A stretch of DNA of 36,616 bases from Diploschistes diacapsis (Eukaryota): the NCBI GenBank assembly GCA_023645945.1, contig JALAIB010000066.1:1-36616 (forward strand), given 5' to 3'. Position numbers and translations under genes: made by a program. Below are positions 13,205 to 24,751 of this stretch, piece by piece; within the stretch, counting starts at the first letter, position 1; each line of letters starts with the position of its first letter. The notes beneath the pieces are model-generated. The model had not been told where the DNA came from, did no database searches, and worked only from the letters and a program-made list of their open reading frames with translations.

Positions 13205-15165
13205 TTAAGGCGCATCAATCCCACCCAAGTTCTCTGGGGCACTTGCTATGGCTCTGGCACGCTGGGTTAACGATCTGGCGAGTGGAGATGCGTCGGTCTT
13301 CTCCAAATATGGCCCCGTGTCTTTCTGTTGTAAGAATATCTCGGGAAGTATGGCTATCTGGTCGAAGTCCAGTTGCATGAGGCCCGTGCCCGGTGTGAGA
13401 AGCGCACAGATCTTATGTTTCAAGATCACTCTATTATTGTGTGAAGTGTATCAGCATAGAGCGACATAAAACAGTATTACAGGTGGCATTGGATCAACGG
13501 TAACACTGACCTTGCTTTAGCCCACGTCCCGTTATGGTACCATCCATCCACCTTGGTCTAGATGAGATGTTAATACTTTAGTTGAAGAGATGAACACAAG
13601 CTTAGCCACTCACATGGCATTTCTTTCGGAGGACTTCTGTAGCCAATAACTTTTGAAGAGTTCTGTCGCTGATATCACAGACCTGGAAGGACTTGCCAGT
13701 TGTGATATCGACACTAGCCCCATCAAAGACATGGCTGGTTGCCATGGAATCATGAGGTCGATTATCAGTCGCAAATCTATTGACCGTGGACTCTCTTGCC
13801 CTTGGATGTGCATCGCTGTTGTTCGGTTTCATCTCGGCATCAGCAAACTGAAAAGTCATAGTCTGGTATATGCGATATTGCCTGTCATCTCGTGGGTCTA
13901 TCCCATATCTCACAAGAGTGTTCTGCCATGGTCCGGAGGTGAACTCATAGCCTAGGTAGGGGTATACGAATTTCATTTCTTCAGAGGAACCCAGTTTTCC
14001 AACTCGATTACCTAGAGCACGCCGAGTCCAGATGGGCCTCTCATCAAATAGAGCCTGGATTTTACCGAACAATGCTTGTACCTCATCCGCACAGAGCCCT
14101 ATAGGCTGAAGATCCGTTGGCGGTTCCGCGGGGGCTCTGGCTCCGTTATATGGTATGCTTAGTATCTTGTTCCTGAAAGTCTTGTTCTTGTTCCTAGCTA
14201 TAGTATTTCCTGACTTGTCAACGATCTCTACGACGGCCGGATTCTGACGATATCTTGTCCTATATCAGAGCTCTTCGAAGTGCAACCATCAGTACTTTAC
14301 TCACGAGTAATTGAATGGTAGAACTTGATCGCTGAAAGTGGGAGGAGGGATCAGATCCGAGTGCGGTTCTGTTCGCCTAGTGAGATCAAACGAGAAGTTT
14401 TTCGCTGCATGATCTAACGAATTGTTCAGAGAACTAGCTAGCCCTCTACGACTAGGACTTACAGTTCAAAGGTTCAATACAATCTCTTATCCTAGCCATG
14501 AACGGATTGTTTTCAACAGAGAAGACAAAGTCAGGCATCGCTAGACTGCTAAGTCAAACCCATCGTTTGAAGGGCTCAGGCCACTCACTCCTAAATCGAT
14601 GTGTTCGCTCAATGATTCCAACACTCTGGCAATGAATTTGTCCAGGATTATCATGAAGAGCCCGTAGTAGTTTGTCTTTGCTAGACAAGGCACTCGATCG
14701 TATACCATTAGATTGGCTATTGCCGTGTGTCTCTTTAATTTCTTCGAATGGGTCAGAAGTTCCTCGCTTTCTTTTCCTTCCGGTTGGCCTTGGAACCGAG
14801 ACTCGGAAAGAGATGTTCTTGGTACTGGTGTTTCCTGACAATACCGAATTGGATCCGCGCTGCCCAGGATGGAGGTACAGTGCCATCTCCTCTGTTTCTG
14901 AATGCTCGTTAGATATCGCCTATCGAACGTCAACCGCTTTAGACATCCAAGCGAATCCTTCCAAACGGTAACCTACCTTTCCCACACCTTTTGAACCACC
15001 CAAACTTTCTATTGCTCTTGCAACATTCCGAATATCGAATGGATGCTCAACACTGACTAGTCTACATGCTGGTACCGGGTAATAAGGAGCCAATTCTGAG
15101 TGGCTCGATGCCGGCTGAACAGCGGATGTATTTCGAGGCAGTTCCGCATGCCCTTGAACTTCCAT
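13205..15165 (-). CDS. TFC1: RNA polymerase III transcription factor TFIIIC subunit tau95 (Tfc1/Sfc1), ~539 aa; exons 15165-14977, 14919-14589, 14540-14463, 14413-14305, 14253-13614, 13557-13511, 13430-13205
   Basis: Motifs VSVEHPFDIRNVARAIESLGG, THRFRTMPDF, LIPPPTFS..PFNYSYRQNP, LFDERPIWTRRAL, GPWQNTLVRYGIDPR, FQVCDISD, DGWY. Six GT-AG introns give a continuous 1620-nt frame. Confidence 0.9.
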
Positions 15166-15283
15166 AACGCAATGCTATTCCAGCCTCATGGTAGAAGCTA
15201 CTAGAATATAGTCTCAACAAATCGTGTAAAGATCAATGTCCTAGGAGGGCCTTGCTGCTCGGTTTTTTGGATCAAGGGCAACA

Positions 15284-15293
15284 TGAAAATTTT
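15284..15293. promoter_or_regulatory. RRPE-like element TGAAAATTTT ~120 bp upstream of the TFC1 ATG
   Basis: TGAAAATTTT resembles the yeast ribosomal RNA processing element. It is a short AT-rich motif and could be a chance match. Confidence 0.3.
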
Positions 15294-15296
15294 GAG

Positions 15297-15326
15297 AAAT
15301 TCACCGACATGGGTGAATTTACCCAT
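15297..15326. repeat. Overlapping inverted repeats (AAATTCACC/GGTGAATTT and ATGGGT-GAATTT-ACCCAT) in the TFC1-RTS1 divergent intergenic region
   Basis: 15297-15305 is the exact reverse complement of 15312-15320. 15309-15326 is an 18-bp near-palindrome. Confidence 0.7.
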
Positions 15327-15781
15327 TTTGTGGACAAGTGGAAGTATCCAGTCAAGTTAGGCTATATCTGCTTTGGATACAACAGAGCAACATGACAAGA
15401 AAAAGACTCTGGAGCCTACATACTTACGGATAAACTCTCAATCAATGGGTTGTTAGCGTTGTCTGAAGAAAAAAAGCGGATATCTGTGTAGAAGCCAACA
15501 TTGTAACGCGACGAGATTTATGTGACTATGTGTAAATACTGCATCGGCTTCCTATCGGTCCGCCCACCACAGTGCTAAATCTCCCCCGCAGCAGCAACTC
15601 CGCCGCCCATGTTCTCGCTTGGAAAGATGATGCGGTCCAAACGCAAACGCAAACGCCGCTGTACCTACCATCAACAAGACTAGCGTTTCAAGTCTCTCTT
15701 CAACGACAGCTTCTGTTCCTGATGTGTCTTCTCTTCACGCCCTGAACAGAGCATCTGTACGTGTTGCTGTTGTCCCAGATA

Positions 15782-15819
15782 TTCTTCTTCTTCTACTTCT
15801 ACTTCTTCTTCTTCTTCTT
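15782..15819 (+). repeat. Imperfect (TTC)n microsatellite within a CT-rich tract upstream of RTS1
   Basis: ttcttcttcttctacttctacttcttcttcttcttcttt read directly from the sequence. Confidence 0.85.
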
Positions 15820-16121
15820 TTGCTGTGTTGAACCGACGTTCCTTGCCCGACCTTCTGCGCCTTCTGCACCTTCCTGCGGCCCGGCTTCTCACTTGTTTCA
15901 GCATAGCTATCTTCTCCCTCGACATCATAATGGCATTCAGCTTCTGAGAGTAGCTCGTCTCATCTTTTGTACGTTGTTTACGCGGAAGATTCGCGACTTG
16001 TTGGCATTTCCAGTTTCCATTGGTCAAGATAGATTGTGAAGTCATTGTGGATAGTCTCGGTTTCGGAAGGATTGCAGTCATTTTTTTGAGGCAGATGCCA
16101 ATATTCGGCTCTTCGGACAAC

Positions 16122-18790
16122 ATGAAAGGGTTCAGGCAGCGAGTGGTAAGCTCAATGATTTCATTAAGCGCTTCAGTTGATCCATATGTCCTGCTGTGTC
16201 TCCGTCCATTAGTATATGTGAATGATGACCGGGGATATTAGCACGAGCAACTTTCAAGGACAACAAACAAGTCATCTAAGAACAAGAAAGAATCCGCATC
16301 TGGAACCGCATCGCCCTCACAGCAACAATCTCAGGGAGGGAGCTCGACTCCCTATGGACCTTCTCAATCGCCCGCCTCTTCCCAACATGGCACACCAATC
16401 TCATCAAGCACGACAGTCAATGACTTAAAGAACAAGCCGTTACCTCCTGGCGAAGGTGGAGCAGGCAGCGGTGGACATGGTAACAACTCTTTTGCTTCAA
16501 CGCAGAGTTCACAAAACACTCTTGTGCCCTCACCAAACCAGTCCTTCATGCAACAGCATGGAATGGGCTCATTATCCCCCGGTGCAGGTGGAGGTAGCGG
16601 TGGCCCTGGTACTCCTACAAGACAAGGTGGACTAATGGCGCCGAGTGTTGTGATCAGTCCGAGTGCACCAGTAAGTCCCTTACTTAAGCCCCACGATTCT
16701 ATCAAAAATTCCTTTCTTTTAATTCAACCAATCACTGAACTAAGCATTTCTTCCGATCAGCATGTTCCACCACCTGGTGCAGCGGAGACAATGCCTCATG
16801 ACCTCGCACCTCCCAAACCAGGTACAAAGTCTTTAGCTTTTGATAGACTTTCATCGACCCCCAAGGATGTCCCCGAGGGTATCAGAACACCCAAACGCCA
16901 ACATTCTTCGAGGTTTGACATCTCAGACCAACGGCAGCGGGAACTGGAAAAATTACCAGGCTTCCATGAGGTGCCTCCAAATCGGCGACAAGAACTGTTC
17001 ATGAAGAAGATCGAGCAGTGCAATATCATTTTCGACTTCAATGATGCAAGCGGAGACATGAAGTCCAAGGAGATCAAGAGGCTAGCGCTGCATGAACTTC
17101 TTGACTATGTGGCCAACAACCGACAAGTGATTACAGAGCCCATGTACCCAAAGGTTGTTGAAATGTTCAGTAAGAACCTGTTTCGCCCAATACCACCTCC
17201 GGTCAATCCTCAAGGGGACGCTTTCGATCCGGAAGAGGACGAACCGGTTCTTGAAGTGGCATGGCCGCACATCCAGGTTGTTTATGAATTCTTTCTCCGT
17301 TTCATCGAAAGCCAAGACTTCAATACCAATATTGCAAAGGCGTACATCGACCATTCTTTCGTACTACAGGTAAGGAACAACAGCGGCTTAGTAGGTGATG
17401 GGCTAATCTAATGGGAGCAGCTTCTTGAACTATTCGATTCAGAAGATCCGCGAGAGCGCGATTTTCTCAAAACGACTTTGCACCGTATCTACGGCAAGTT
17501 CCTGAACCTCCGCTCGTACATTCGTCGGTCGATCAACAATGTCTTTTTTCAGTTTGTCTACGAAACAGAGAGATTCAACGGCATTGCTGAGCTTCTAGAA
17601 ATACTGGGTTCAATCATCAACGGGTTTGCCCTTCCACTCAAGGAGGAGCACAAGCTGTTCCTTACCCGAGTTCTCCTACCTTTGCATAAACCCAAGAGCC
17701 TGAGCATGTACCACCCTCAACTAGCGTATTGTATCGTGCAATTCTTGGAAAAAGATGCATCCCTTACAGAGGAGGTGAGTGTCGCCTCGGTCCCGGAAAC
17801 GAGCGCTGACTGATGCCAGGTTGTCCTTGGTCTGTTGCGTTACTGGCCAAAAGTGAATAGCACCAAAGAAGTAATGTTTCTGAACGAAGTTGAAGATATT
17901 TTCGAGGTTATGGATCCAAATGAGTTCGCAAAGGTTCAAGAACCTCTCTTTAACCAGCTAGCTAAGTCTGTCGCAAGTCCCCACTTCCAGGTAAGGCGGT
18001 TCCAGGTGGAGAAAACGCGCATCTAAGGTGACTCGATAGGTTGCCGAAAGAGCGCTGTATTTTTGGAATAATGAGTACTTTTGCAATCTCATTAGTGACA
18101 ACGTTGAAGTCATTCTCCCGATAATGTTTGCGCCCCTGTATGAGAATTCCAAGGGCCATTGGAACAGGTAAATTTCAATTTCTCAAAGAGGTCTACATCG
18201 TTAAAGCTTGGAATTAGGACTATCCATGGCATGGTCTACAACGCAATGAAGCTTTTCATGGAGATCAATCCTCAGCTGTTCGATGACTGTTCCCACGACT
18301 ATACCGAGTTGCAGAACACTGCCGGGCAAAGACAAGCAAGCCGTCAGAACAAATGGGACAGAATTGCCGAGCAGGCCAGAAAGAAAAAGCTTCAAAACGG
18401 TCAAGCTGCTGCAGCGTCGAGGGCTGACGAAATAGATCCTGTCACCCAAGACAGCCAGAAGAGGCTAGATGCACTGAAGCTTCAGGATGAGAGCGGCGGC
18501 GGCAGGGATCAGAGAAACGCTCGAGACAACGAAGAACAGAGCGCGGTAAGCTTCAAATTCCCGTGAAGCTCCCATTACAGGCTCTCTCCTAACACTGAAA
18601 AACGGAGTAACTGATCAAACATTTAATTCTTGGCTAGTAGCGGCGTCGTGATCCTGCTACGGACTCTCGAATACAGCGGACAACCAGCAATGAAGCCAGA
18701 CCACGGCATGAACGTGCAAGCTCGTCTGAGGGTCAGTCAAAAGCTGGTGCTGTTCAGAATCTGATGAATAGTGCAGCGAGAGGATTATGA
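16122..18790 (+). CDS. RTS1: Protein phosphatase 2A regulatory subunit B' (B56/Rts1/ParA); exons 16122-16145, 16242-16670, 16761-17369, 17421-17774, 17820-17990, 18040-18167, 18218-18545, 18641-18790 (last exon uncertain)
   Basis: B56 core motifs: [116 protein letters not shown]-terminus [14 protein letters not shown]; canonical GT-AG introns. Confidence 0.95.
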
Positions 18791-19225
18791 TGATAAAGAC
18801 TTGGTCTCAAGCATTGCTGCATTACGATATGAATGAACATGAATATTGAGGGACATAGGGTTCATAATCGCGGCATTCAGTCTTGGTGGATGTGGTTCAT
18901 GAAGCGCTTCACCTGGATCTCGAGCAATGAATAGCATGAGCCGCTGACATTGGTTGCCATGACTTGTGTCTGGACTTCACTTCTTAAGGGCAGGTTTTTC
19001 TTGGCGGGTATATGGGAAAAACCCCCTATACCATACGGTTTGAGTGCAATCTTAAGATAGACCTTTCCCTCACACGATTCTGGACTCATACATACAATAG
19101 CATTATTACCATTGTGCTCATGAAAGTAGCTCCGCATAATTGCCTCCATTGAATAAATGCGGTGTAGTTTCACGCGTTGATGGTACAAGCAGTGGAAGCT
19201 ACCGGCACCAGAGGTGATCCCCCAT

Positions 19226-19253
19226 CCAATCAAGCTTCCACTCGCTGAGTCAT
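19226..19253 (+). promoter_or_regulatory. CCAAT box (CCAATCA) plus an AP-1/Gcn4-type site (TGAGTCAT) upstream of COX6
   Basis: CCAATCA at 19226-19232 and TGAGTCAT at 19246-19253, 100-125 bp before the ATG. CCAAT-binding (Hap) control of respiratory genes is established in fungi. Confidence 0.45.
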
Positions 19254-19350
19254 CACCGCTAAGCCTTCCACCTTCATCAGCTACCAAACAACCATTCTTC
19301 ATTCATTTATTTCCACGCCGACTTCTCCCGCAACCTCCATACGTTCCTCA

Positions 19351-20160
19351 ATGTCTTCCTTTCGGATGCTGCGGCTCGCTAGCCGAGCGCCTTCCCACGG
19401 CTTTGCGGTGCTCAAGCATCACATGTCTTCCACCACCGCCGCCGCCGCGGTGTGCCCGTCGAGAATAGGTGCTCGTGGATTCGGCTCGACGGCACAACAG
19501 ATGGCCGAGCATGGGGAAGAGACGTTCGAGGAGTTCACGAGCAGGTATGCATGAGCCGGTGCAGAAGGAGTTGGACGGTTCAATGGCTGGTGGAAACCTT
19601 GACTGGCGAGGTCCAAAGAATTGGAAAGCAAGAGAAGAGAAGAGAGGTTTGGGAGGAGGCTTTAGAATTGGATGCTGATGCTTGGTCTTTTAACAGGTTC
19701 GAGAAAGAATTCGAGGGGGTGAGGGACGTGTTTGAGCTTCAGGTATGACTGGCTAGATCGACTGATCCTGTCGCCTGCCAAGGGATGATAGAATATTGTT
19801 TTCTCTTTCGCTAATCTGGCTTTGTGTCTCTCAGCGGAACCTTAACAACGCTTTTGCCTACGATCTTGTTCCCTCGCCGTCTGTCATCAGCGCTGCGTTG
19901 AAGGCTGCGAGGAGAGTGAACGACTTTCCTACCGCAGTCAGGATCTTCGAAGGTGCGTCTCCACCTGGTGTCGCCTACAATGGTTCTGGAGCATAGACGA
20001 GGAGATGATGAGCGCGATGCTAAAACTCTAACGCACAGGCATCAAGGCGAAAACCGAGAACACACAGCAGTACAAAGACTACCTCGAGGAGCTGAAGCCA
20101 TTACGGGAGGAGCTGGGTGTCAATCTCAAAGAGGACCTTTACCCGGAGGCGCCGCACTAG
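19351..20160 (+). CDS. COX6: Cytochrome c oxidase subunit Va (yeast Cox6), mitochondrial precursor, 159 aa; exons 19351-19544, 19697-19742, 19835-19952, 20039-20160
   Basis: Arg/Ser/Ala-rich presequence, then EETFEEFTSRFEKEF..DVFELQRNLNNAFAYDLVPSPSVISAALKAARRVNDFPTAVRIFEGIKAKTEN..YLEELKPLREELGV. Three canonical introns. Confidence 0.95.
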
Positions 20161-20643
20161 TAAGAGGGGCTAATGCAACGAACTGTGGCCTTTGTAGATA
20201 TAGAAAAGGAAAAGCGTGTCCATCGAGATATCCGAGTCCTACTGAAACGGCAAGTCTGAGACCAACGCCTGCTTTGTCTGTAATTCTACTCGTCGAGTGG
20301 GTGTGCCGAGTTCATGTGGGAGGAGAGAGGGCTGGTTGGTTGTTTATACAGTTACTGCCTTGCGCATTAAACATATTCCTTGGACCTTCGCAATAGAGCA
20401 CACCTGTGCTTGAAGGCAGTATTTACTTTGCGGGTTTGTGCCCGTCTTTGGTGCCATGTGCCTAGACTCTCTCAATCCTAAAGCCAATGGATACCGAGCA
20501 TACCCAGGACACCCAGGACACCCGGGGTCAAAATCTGCCCCCCAGCGCCTCGTGAAATGCGAATGCAGACCTGGCCCCTACGCAATTGCCCAATGTTCTC
20601 AACCGGTATATATCATACATCGAAGCATGGGGTGCCTGACATA

Positions 20644-21988
20644 TCATCCCATGCCAACGTACTTGAACCAATTCCACCTGCAGTCTTCCAGGTACAAGAA
20701 GTCTTCTCCGTCCGTCAGCGTGCCGGTCTCGCAGCCCTTACATTTCGGCGAATTTGGGCAGTTGAAGAAGGGTATGTGCTGGTATCCGATATCGCGGAAC
20801 CTTTGTCCAAGAGTTAGTATCGGGTTTCAAATACCTTTCTTTCTTCCTTCCTACTTACCAGTGAATCTTGCTCTTGTCCTCGAAAAGACCCAGAGCGATA
20901 GAATGCACCGGCGCATCGCCCCAGCGCTCGTAGAAGAAGCCGCCTGCACGGTCCAGGTGGTTGAAATAGTCCTCGTAAGCCTGGCTGCGCCAGAAATTCA
21001 TGTCCGCGACCTCGAAGTTGCTCCAGAAGTGGCAGGTCGAGTAGCCCTGCGCCTTGCGGTTGTGTTCCGGCCGTCGCTTGCTGTCCGTCAGCCAGTCCAT
21101 GGCGTTGTTCCTGCTCATGTATTCTGGGTGTGCGGCCATGAATTTCTGCGTCTCGGGCCACAGAGTGGGTATGCTCTGCGGCGCGTCGAACAGGTTGATG
21201 GTGAAGCCGTAGGTCTTATTATTGTCTTCCATGTACTTGAACACGTCGTAGTCGACGTCGCAGAAGAAATGCACATTCGGCTCCACGCGCCAGTACCAGC
21301 GCGTGTTGAGCAGGGCCGAGTGCTTGTAGAAGAAACCGCTGTTCCAGCGGCACATTTGGTGGTAGGACATCATGTCGCCGTATTGGATGTCTTGCTCTTT
21401 GAGGATCTTGGCGGACTCGTCGAATAGTGGCTTGTTGATCCATGGTGGCACGTCCCAGTGTTCTTTCGGTATTGTCTCTGAGCAGCGTTAGCCAGCATTT
21501 CGTCCACGAGTGTAGAAGTGTGCACCGTAAGAGCACTTCGCTTTGCTGGCGGCCTGCGTCTTCTTCTTGAACTCGGACGTAAACGGCACGTCGTTGAAAA
21601 AAGTCCATGGGTAGTTGAACTTGTGGTTCCACGTTCGCTCTAGATCCATCATCGACTGCACCATACCATCCAGTTCCTCATTCCGAACCAGCGCCAGTAA
21701 TGTAGCGTTCACTCGCGGAGCATTCGGGTTGTCCGCCGCATACTCGTCCGCTCGCGTGAGCTTCCCTTCCGGCTCGCCCGTAGCTGCGAAATCTCAGCTT
21801 CGAAGAGCTAAGAGCTTGTGGTGGTACATACGCTCCCAATTAGGATCCACGCTATCCGCGGCCTTTCTGATGGGTTTTCCAGGAGGTAGCTTGATCTTCG
21901 GCTCCGCTCTGAATGTCTGTAGAATCAAGAAACCGAGGAATATGAAGCCGAGGGCGAGCGCAGCCCTAGCCGGCCGCGCGATCACCAT
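20644..21988 (-). CDS. Alpha-1,2-mannosyltransferase, glycosyltransferase family 15 (KRE2/KTR family), type II membrane protein, 396 aa; exons 21988-21832, 21783-21526, 21477-20859, 20800-20644
   Basis: N-terminal signal anchor; NATLLALVRNEEL, SYHQMCRWNSGFF, WYWRVEPNVHFFCD, YSTCHFWSNFEVADM, GGFFYERWGDAPVHSIA, WFRDIGYQH. Confidence 0.93.
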
Positions 21989-22832
21989 GTTAAGAAGATG
22001 TAAATCGCATTAACTTTGCCATCTCTCAAAATCTTGTACAAAAAATGGTCAGGAGTCGTCTGCGCAGCAGGCAAGCTGTCCACAGCAGGGGTTCACCTTC
22101 AGGCTGTCAGTAATCCTGTCGAGGCGATTTTCCTTCTCGGGTTTAGCGACCTAAATCCGGTCTAGCCTTTGATTTCGATGGGTGGAACGAATATGCCCTT
22201 CCGCTTCTTTCTTTATGACAGAATTATCCCCATGCTGTTCAAAGCAGACGGGTTTTCTTTCAGAAGAGTCGGTAAATGGAATCAAGTCAAGTGGCACGAG
22301 CCAAGCTGCGCGAAGCCTGGGAGGCATTGGATGACACCTTGAGGCTTATTGTTTTTAAAAACCGCTGTTTTGTTACCTCTGCTAAGTTCATTTAGGCACG
22401 CAACAGTATGTAGTCCCATATCACCCAGCACAACCTACCTGGGCTTCTGCCTCATGTCTACTTGGTAGAGGAGATGATCATAACACGCGAAGTTACGTTA
22501 CGGATCGTCTTGACTTGATGATTGCTCAACTGTCAAAAGGCTCGCATCCAAGCGATTCCATTTCCGGAATGAATGTCTATTCGGCTTCTCAAATGAATGC
22601 CGCCCCGCCGATAAGCCAATCCCTAAAGCAGGTCTCCGCAACAATTTTATGTGCAATTACGAAATGTTGGGGGTAATCGCGTTGTTTGCTCACCATTCGT
22701 TGTGAATGCTTCTCCTGAATCCTAGTCCTTTGAGCCTTTCATGCTGCTGAACGAGCAACAAATGCCCATCCCAACGGCGGCTTTCTTCAACGATATCTAT
22801 TCAGGAACGTTGAATATTTGTTTTAGTGAACC

Positions 22833-24555
22833 ATGGACCAGTCAAAGGAAGAAACACGGGCGGTGGAACAGTCTCTCGAAAGCTCGAATCCAGAGGCCGC
22901 CCCATACACGGTTTTCTCAAAAGCTCAGAAGCGCTGGATCGTCTTGATCGTTGCCTTCGCCGGCATGTTCTCTCCGCTGAGCAGCTTTGTATACTATCCC
23001 GCAATTAATGCTCTCGCAAGCGATCTTCACACTTCTGTTGAAGCCATCAACCTCAGCATCACCTCGTACATGGTCGTGTCGGGTATTCTTCCGTCAATCC
23101 TTGGCGATGCTGCAGATCAGATCGGACGTCGCCCGGTCTACTTGTTCGCGTTCACGGTATATTTCGCGGCCAATGTTGGTTTGGCGCTTCAAGACTCTTT
23201 CCCTGCTCTTCTTGTCCTGAGAATGATGCAGAGCATGGGAGGCTCTGGTAGGGTTCATGCATGTCCGATAATGGCTACCCTTGCTTTACCATCACCCTGT
23301 AGCTCCATTCTCTTCTACTTCTCCGCTCTTTAATTCCTTGACTGACAAGAACTTAGGAACTATTGCGATTGCGTACGGCGTAATCGCCGATATATCGCTG
23401 CCGTCGGAGCGAGGGTCTTACGTCGGCGCTGTGATGTGTGGCCCTAATGTCGCCCCAAGTCTTGGGCCCGTGCTTGGCGGCGCGCTCGCCAATAGCGTTG
23501 GATGGAGATGGATTTTCTGGTTTCTGTGCATCCTCAGCGGACTCTGCCTAGTCATCATCTGCATGTTTCTTCCGGAAACAGCTCGACAAGTCGTCGGCAA
23601 CGGAGCAGTTTCAGCCAAAGGGATCAATCAAAATCTCTTGAATAAGTGCCGGGGCAAGCCCTTCCAAAAGCCTTCTGTGGAGTCTGCATCACAGATCTCG
23701 AGGTTTCGAATATTTAACCCGATCCGATGCCTGTCGGTTATCTTTTATAAAGACACTGCGTCGGTTCTCCTGGTCAACGCGATCTTCTATATGATCTACT
23801 GCTGTATCCAAGCCTCTCTTTCTTCGTCCTTCATCTCCATATATCACTATCAGGAACTGGAAGCTGGCTTAATCTATCTGCCATTCGGCTTCGGTTGCGC
23901 CCTAGCATCCTACGTATCCGGCAAGCTCATCAACAGAGACTACCATGTCGTCGCCAAACAGCACAGCTTCACGATTGATCGAGTCAAAGGCGATGACATG
24001 ACGCACTTTCCTCTTGAGAAAGCTCGCTTGCGAAGCGTTTGGCTTGTACTTGCTATCGTTCTTGTGTCTGTTGCTGGTTACGGGTGGACCTTGGAAACCA
24101 AAACACATGTAGCCGCACCACTGAGCTTGCAGTTCCTCATTGGTGCGACGACGACAGTGATTTTCAACCTCTGCGGAACCCTGGCCGTGGACCTTAATCC
24201 CGATCGCCCGTCAACTGTGAGTGCGGGTTCGAATCTTATGCGTTGCTCTCTCTCCGCGGTCGGTCTGGCTGTTCTACAAATTACCATTGACGGCGTCGGA
24301 ATCGGGTGGTGCTATACTATTTTTGCGGCTCTAGGAGGCATTACTGTACCTTTGTTGATGATGGAAAGGAATTGGGGTCCAGTATGGAGAGCTCAGCGGG
24401 ATTCAAAGCTGCGCGGGAGAAATGCCGAGAGGAGGGAGTCAAAAAAGAGCTACATAGAGAGACCTCCAGAGGTAACAGCACCAGTCAACGCAAGCGGCGG
24501 CACTTTAGATGGCCATGTGCAAGAAGGGATTAGACTTTCAAAGGGAATAAAGTAA
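22833..24555 (+). CDS. MFS drug:H+ antiporter (DHA1/Qdr-like), 537 aa; exons 22833-23247, 23357-24555
   Basis: Multiple TM segments; FSPLSSFVYYPAI, motif A-like GDAADQIGRRPVY, LRMMQSMGGSG|TIA..VIADI..SERG, motif C GPVLGG, WRWIFW, FLPET, FPLEKARLR. One GTAGGG..CTGAC..TAG intron. Confidence 0.92.
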
Positions 24556-24751
24556 GCATTTGGGTTTCATACTTTGATATACTGCAAAGGTCATGCTTTT
24601 GCCAAGAAATATAGATGTCGGTTCAGGTGTGCCAACACTAGATATACCATGGTACTCGCGATGCAGAGCCAGTCTTCTATGCTCAAATATCCCCGCTTTT
24701 GTGGCGTAGTCCGTTATGGGGGGGTGACTCTGTACTTCATCTTCTCTTGCC

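Noticed and set aside
15166..15600. B-box (ETC-like) autoregulatory site in the TFIIIC subunit promoter
   Set aside because: The closest matches I found (GATCAATGT, GATCAAGGG) fail the GWTCRANNC consensus.
15680..16123. 147-aa minus-strand ORF with a poly-Glu run
   Set aside because: The poly-Glu is simply the reverse complement of the (TTC)n microsatellite in the RTS1 upstream region.
20502..20523. Short tandem repeat (acccaggac x2); also (caaacg)x3 at 15638-15655
   Set aside because: Too short to distinguish from ordinary slippage repeats; not CRISPR-like.
20438..21427. 329-aa + strand ORF opposite the mannosyltransferase
   Set aside because: Antisense shadow explained by the GC-rich codon bias of the KTR gene; no domain features.
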